From: Deltaproteobacteria bacterium HGW-Deltaproteobacteria-2
GTDB taxonomy: Bacteria; Desulfobacterota; Syntrophia; Syntrophales; Smithellaceae
Direction: 5' to 3'
NCBI GenBank assembly: GCA_002840505.1
Contig: PHBC01000003.1
Span: forward strand, 569,340-633,339
DNA: 64,000 nt
The position numbers and the translations under genes are program-made. The notes beneath the pieces were generated by a model, which saw only the letters and a program-made list of their open reading frames with translations, was not told the origin of the DNA and did no database searches. Shown one piece after another: positions 59,701 through 64,000 of this stretch (positions are counted from its first letter, which is position 1; each line of letters starts with the position of its first letter).

Positions 59701-60459
59701 ATGTCTAATCAACAAGTGCCGGAAAGAGCCGTGCGTATTCTCATGAAGGATATTTTCACCAAAAAATTAAAGCCGGGAACCAAATTGCCGTCGGCGAAAG
59801 AATTGTCAAAACAAATACATATAGATTTAAGTTCATTGCGCATTGCCTTAAAACGATTGGAGGCGATGAATCTTTTGTACATTAAGCAGGGCGACGGCAT
59901 ATATGTCAAAGACTATGTGAAGCACGCCGGCATCGACTTTTTGAGCCTGTTATTTACCCAGGATGAAGCAAACACCGAAGATTATGTAATCGATGAATGT
60001 CTCATCGACGAGGTATGGGAATATTGGATGATGTTTTTCCCGGAAATGCTGAAGCTCGCGTCTCAGCGCCTGTCGTTGAAAGATTCAAAAATCTTGCGGA
60101 ATTTTCTGGATGAGGAGTACGCGAATATTAATAACAGGGCAAAAGTAATTGAATTGGAAATCAAACAACAAGACCTCGTTGTGGATATCTGCAACAACAC
60201 CATCATTTTTTTATTGTCAAATTCTTCCCGTCCGATGAGAAAAAAAATTATCGAAATATTCGTTAATGCCGTCAGCGGGAAAGAACTGCAAACTTTTATT
60301 GAAATGAAAATGTCTCTCCTGAATGATTATGCCAAAGGAACCATAACGGACGTGAATTCAGTTGCCGAAAAGTATCGTGACATATTGTCCGCGAATCGCC
60401 AGATGGTTAGGCAGAAAATTATTCAGAACGACTACAAACTTCATGTCACGCGTAAGTGA
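59701..60459 (+). CDS. GntR (FadR-like) regulator
   Basis: LKPGTKLPSAKELS...LRIALKRLE...IKQGDG.YV winged HTH; divergent from the catabolic operon. Confidence 0.88.
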   Translation: MSNQQVPERAVRILMKDIFTKKLKPGTKLPSAKELSKQIHIDLSSLRIALKRLEAMNLLYIKQGDGIYVKDYVKHAGIDFLSLLFTQDEANTEDYVIDECLIDEVWEYWMMFFPEMLKLASQRLSLKDSKILRNFLDEEYANINNRAKVIELEIKQQDLVVDICNNTIIFLLSNSSRPMRKKIIEIFVNAVSGKELQTFIEMKMSLLNDYAKGTITDVNSVAEKYRDILSANRQMVRQKIIQNDYKLHVTRK

Positions 60460-60566
60460 CGCGCATATCGGTTCTGATCCTTTCCTTTGAAAAACACTCA
60501 TTTGATTCATAAGCATGTCTATCATCCGGTTCCTTACCAGGCATTGCTCCGGCAACGTTCCAACAC

Positions 60567-61316
60567 TTACAGGCGCAGCGCATTGATTATGCCGTCAACC
60601 GTCTGACAGGCTTCGGCCGAATCGGGAAAATCGAATTCCCTGATCAGGTCGTCTTCCGGCAGCCATCCCAGGATATTGACGGGCGCATTCTTACGGATAT
60701 CCTGTACTTCGCTCCCATTTCTGACACGGTTCAAAATCATGCCCATACTTTTATAATTCACGGCCTTATTGTCCTGAGCCAGATGTTTGATGGTGTTGGC
60801 GACATTGATGCCCTTGGCGGACGTGTCGGAGATCATGATCAGGTGATCGACTGTTTTCATAACCCTGCGGTTGATCTGTTCCACACCAGCCTCCCCGTCG
60901 ATGAGCACCACATCGAAATTTTTCGCCAGATTCTGGATGATATCCTTCAAAAGAGAATTGACCTTGCAGAAACAGCCTTCCGATTCCGGTCTGCCGATGG
61001 CCAGCAACCCGACATTATTGACCTCCGTCAGTGCATCGAAAAGTTCGTAATCGAGCATATTCAGCGTGGCGGTTTTATCCATCTTTACTCCTTTCTTGAT
61101 GGAGTTGATTAAATCATTTCTGATGTCATCCACCGTCTTATTGATTTGTATGCCCAGCGCCGTACAAAGACCAACGGCTGGATCGGCATCTATGGCCAGC
61201 ACCTTGAGGTCTTTTCTTTGAACAAGATTCTTGACCATCAGCGCGGATACTGAAGTTTTTCCCACCCCACCTTTTCCGCATAAAGCGATTGTCTTTGTTT
61301 TTTTAGTCCTTCTTCT
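60567..61316 (-). pseudogene. cooC: CooC/AcsF-like nickel-insertion ATPase lacking an obvious start codon
   Basis: Frame reads TGA-RRRTKKTKTIALCGKGGVGKT...IDADP...EGCFCKVN...DGEAGVEQINR. No ATG/GTG/TTG precedes the Walker A motif. Confidence 0.6.
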
Positions 61317-62037
61317 TCATCCTTTTTTCATCACGCGATTTTTTCATGCCTTTGAGTTCCTCGACTTCATCGCAGACATCATTGTATTCACATTCATCAC
61401 AATCAGAATCGATTTCGCTTAACATTTTATTGAGGGCGCTTATTTTACGACTCACATTTTTCGTGATTTCCTGGAGCTCGCCGACATCGTCGGCGCTGGA
61501 CGTCACAAAAAGAAATTCGACAGCATGAATATAATCCTTCTTTAAATATTCATTTCTTAAAGCTTCTGCCAGAATTTCAAAGGAAAAACCATTTTGCACG
61601 GCTTCTTTGCTGATGCGGCTCCATTCCCTCTGGTATTGCGATACCGCCCTGATCATGTATCCCTTCAGATCTATGGAATATCTGACCGCTTCCATCTCCT
61701 TGTAGCGTTCATAGGTGTTGCCCTCATCAAAACCACTGACCTGTACAAGCACAACTTTTCCGAACGGCAGGCGTGAGCCTGAACAGAGGGGAATATCTGG
61801 ACCGATGAGCGTTATTCTGCCTTCCATAACCCCATCGGGATGCTCCGTCCATAGTAGAGATGAGGTGGAATAATTTTGGGGATTTCCCAGTTCTACGGCC
61901 ATGTCTTCCGCGAGTACAACATTTCTTTCCGCGCCGCCAGGCCAATCGCAATTTCTTCCAGTAACCGAAAAGGATACGGTTTTCTTACTTTTTATATAAT
62001 TTCTAATATCACTGAAGGTGCGCTCGAAAATCTCCAT
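61303..62037 (-). CDS. Short CO dehydrogenase/acetyl-CoA synthase beta-subunit-like protein
   Basis: VELGNP, ITLIGPDI, GYMIRA, WSRISKEAV..GFSF, C-terminal CDECEYNDVC. Confidence 0.6.
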   Translation of the reverse strand: MEIFERTFSDIRNYIKSKKTVSFSVTGRNCDWPGGAERNVVLAEDMAVELGNPQNYSTSSLLWTEHPDGVMEGRITLIGPDIPLCSGSRLPFGKVVLVQVSGFDEGNTYERYKEMEAVRYSIDLKGYMIRAVSQYQREWSRISKEAVQNGFSFEILAEALRNEYLKKDYIHAVEFLFVTSSADDVGELQEITKNVSRKISALNKMLSEIDSDCDECEYNDVCDEVEELKGMKKSRDEKRMKKKD

Positions 62038-62243
62038 GTAAATGATTCCTTAATTCTTCATCCTTTCTGAGGCGAAAATGAATTGAATTATTGATAAGAA
62101 TTGATAAGAATTTTTTTGTGGAGTTAATTATAAAAAACGCACTATTGCGTGTCAAGATGATTTTGGGCACAAGATTCTGGGTACAAGATGTGGAGTAGTT
62201 TAAAAGAGTCATGTCCTTGGATGAATGACATAAGCAAACCATT

Positions 62244-62453
62244 CAGGGAAATCAACATACGTCGGCATCTTATCAGAAGCTGTTAAGCGATTTAGGTGTC
62301 ATATGCGGCATGAGCCGTAAAGGAAATTGTTGGGATGACGCGCCAAGGGAGAGTTTCTTTCATACATTGAAAACCGAGTTAACGGGTTTTGAAGACTACA
62401 AAACAAGAACGGAGGCTAAAGCCAGGTTGTTTGATTACACTGTATTTAAATAA
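62244..62453 (+). mobile_element. IS3-family transposase fragment (integrase core remnant)
   Basis: Translates QGNQHTSASYQKLL...GMSRKGNCWDDAPRESFFHTLKTE...TRTEAKARLFDY, matching the IS3 motif MSRKGNCWDNA..ESFF..LK.E. Confidence 0.85.
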
Positions 62454-62461
62454 CGTCATGC

Positions 62462-62497
62462 TAATTAGCCCTGCGGTTTTGGCCGCAGGGCTAATTA
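62462..62497 (-). terminator. Terminator hairpin after the second dctP
   Basis: 15-bp stem TAATTAGCCCTGCGG/CCGCAGGGCTAATTA. Confidence 0.7.
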
Positions 62498-62512
62498 ATT
62501 AAACAAACTAAG

Positions 62513-63574
62513 TTATTTTTTCTTTTTGCTTCTATATTCCGCTAAAATACTTTTAACCTCAGCTAACTCGGCTTTGGAATAGTATCCCTTTGCGGCAAAT
62601 TCATCCCAAACCGGCATCAGTCTCTTCTTCAAAACGTCAATCTCCGCCGGTGTCATTTTGACTTCTTTCATACCATACTTATACATGGCTTTCAGGCACT
62701 TTTCATTGCCAGCGCGGATTTTTTGCCTGTAATCCTTCTCTATGGATATTGCATAGTCATCAATAGCCTTCTGCAATTCTTTTGGAATAGTATTCCACCG
62801 CGACATCGTTACAATGCCGCCAGCCGGCGAATACCGTATGTGCATGGGATTGACGTACTTCATAACAGTATACATTTGAGTGCCGACCGCCCAGAGACCC
62901 GGGGCTATGAAGGTATCGCATACTCCCGTGCGAATGGAAGCGGCTACCTCAGGCACACGAATCGGTAAAGGACTCGCGCTTAAAGCCTTCAAAGTTCTTT
63001 CTTCCAGCGGACCGTACCACGTTAAGACACGGCTGTTCCTGAAATCATCAGGCGTCTTGATGGGTATTTTCGTGGAATAGATTTGGTCAAAATCCTGCTC
63101 TGCCAATACAACGAGGTGATATCCATGCTTCTCAAACCACTGATTAATGCGCGGTCTTAACTTGGAATAAACATATTCTACTTCGTCATAACTGTCAAAC
63201 AAGAACGGGAGTTCCAGTAAGGCCATCTCCGGACAAGCCAGCACCATTCCCTGTCCTGTAAATCCGCCTCCCTGCAACTGTCCATTGCGCAACTTGGCCA
63301 ATATGTCCTGGTCATCTCCCATTGTGCCGCCCCAATACCAATCTAAAACCACCTGGCCATTCGTCGCCTTTAATATTCCGGGTGTAACCATCTCTTTGAT
63401 TAAAGCAGCCCAGCCGACTCCTTCCGGCGCCAGCGTACCCATCTTGGAATAATAAATCTTTTTACCATCTTTAGTTAGTTTAGCGTGATCGGCTCCCCAT
63501 GCTACTTGAGACAAGGCTCCCATAAAAAAAACAACGAGCCCCATGCACAGAAGCCCTACAATCCTACGTTTCAT
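62513..63574 (-). CDS. dctP: TRAP transporter substrate-binding protein DctP (paralogue of 46790-47884)
   Basis: Long identical blocks with the first copy, e.g. GGTMGDDQDILAK, VLAEQDFDQIYSTK, LTWYGPLEERTLKA. Confidence 0.9.
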   Translation of the reverse strand: MKRRIVGLLCMGLVVFFMGALSQVAWGADHAKLTKDGKKIYYSKMGTLAPEGVGWAALIKEMVTPGILKATNGQVVLDWYWGGTMGDDQDILAKLRNGQLQGGGFTGQGMVLACPEMALLELPFLFDSYDEVEYVYSKLRPRINQWFEKHGYHLVVLAEQDFDQIYSTKIPIKTPDDFRNSRVLTWYGPLEERTLKALSASPLPIRVPEVAASIRTGVCDTFIAPGLWAVGTQMYTVMKYVNPMHIRYSPAGGIVTMSRWNTIPKELQKAIDDYAISIEKDYRQKIRAGNEKCLKAMYKYGMKEVKMTPAEIDVLKKRLMPVWDEFAAKGYYSKAELAEVKSILAEYRSKKKK

Positions 63575-63592
63575 AAAAAATCTCCTTTCTAA

Positions 63593-63698
63593 ACCTGTAA
63601 ATTTGTTCTATTCGGGATACCGGTTTACGGTTAGTCCCCTTTTCTTCTACGGCACGTTGTCATTTAGCAGTACCGTTTGCTTTTTGTGCCCCCTGTTT
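63593..63698 (-). ncRNA. Conserved structured leader, copy 2
   Basis: Matches 46113-46218; ends just upstream of the AAAGGAG RBS of dctP. Confidence 0.45.
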
Positions 63699-63793
63699 TT
63701 CTAATGTTTTTGATTTTTGATCTACTTCACGCGAAACTTGCAGGTGGGGAAATTAGTTACATAAGGTTTTCTTGACTCAACTTTGATATAGAA

Positions 63794-64000
63794 TTAACAG
63801 GAGGCGAAACTCTCATCCGCGATCTCCATTATAGATACATCTTCACTCTTAATAGCCTTTAACGTCCCATTTATTTCGGGAAGTACGTTCTTGATGAAGT
63901 ACTTCGCTGTTTTTATCTTACCATCATAAAATGCAGCATCTTTGTTCTTCTTAATAAAGCGGGAAAGATCCGATGGATCTGAACAGGTTACTCCCTTGAT
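63794..64000 (-). CDS. Acyl-CoA dehydrogenase C-terminus (FadE5-like), 5'-partial
   Basis: Manual translation IKGVTCSDPSDLSRFIKKNKDAAFYDGKIKTAKYFIKNVLPEINGTLKAIKSEDVSIMEIADESFASC*. Confidence 0.75.
   Translation of the reverse strand: MKGVTCSDPSDLSRFIKKNKDAAFYDGKIKTAKYFIKNVLPEINGTLKAIKSEDVSIMEIADESFASC

Noticed and set aside
60358..60555. 65-aa ORF downstream of cooC
   Set aside because: Overlaps the gntR 3' end on the opposite strand and has no recognisable motif; at most a truncated gene start.
1..64000. CRISPR array or cas genes
   Set aside because: No regularly spaced direct repeats with unique spacers. The palindromes occur as dispersed inverted pairs.

Overview
Genomic segment of an anaerobic deltaproteobacterium, most like Smithella/Syntrophus (Syntrophales; inferred from gene content and style). 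1-33.5 kb is mostly housekeeping: surE, USP, gpsA-like, moaE, lipid enzymes, kefC/kefF, polA, a complete-looking alternative (siroheme) haem operon (cysG/sirC-ccsA-hemA-hemC-cobA/hemD-ahbC-hemB-ahbD-ahbA), GGDEF, PPi-type pfk, prmA-rsmE-RDD and tRNA-Phe. 33.6-64 kb is an accessory catabolic region: an unusual glycyl radical enzyme behind an Atu/Liu-like branched-chain acyl-CoA cluster, two TRAP DctP paralogues (one with TatT), a GntR-controlled cluster with two 2-hydroxyacyl-CoA dehydratase/Bcr-type subunits and two ATP-dependent activases, and decayed CooC/ACS-like and IS3 remnants. The most striking signal is three small nuclease genes (two GIY-YIG, one DUF559) sitting at gene junctions of the haem operon. 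Each is bracketed by its own inverted pair of palindromic REP-like repeats. The DUF559 one reads through its repeat into ahbD, and a gene-less copy of the GIY-YIG-type repeat pair lies at 5.3 kb. This looks like a REPtron-like mobile cassette system built on endonucleases rather than RAYT transposases. Also notable is a 106-nt, ~90% identical structured leader shared by both dctP paralogues.
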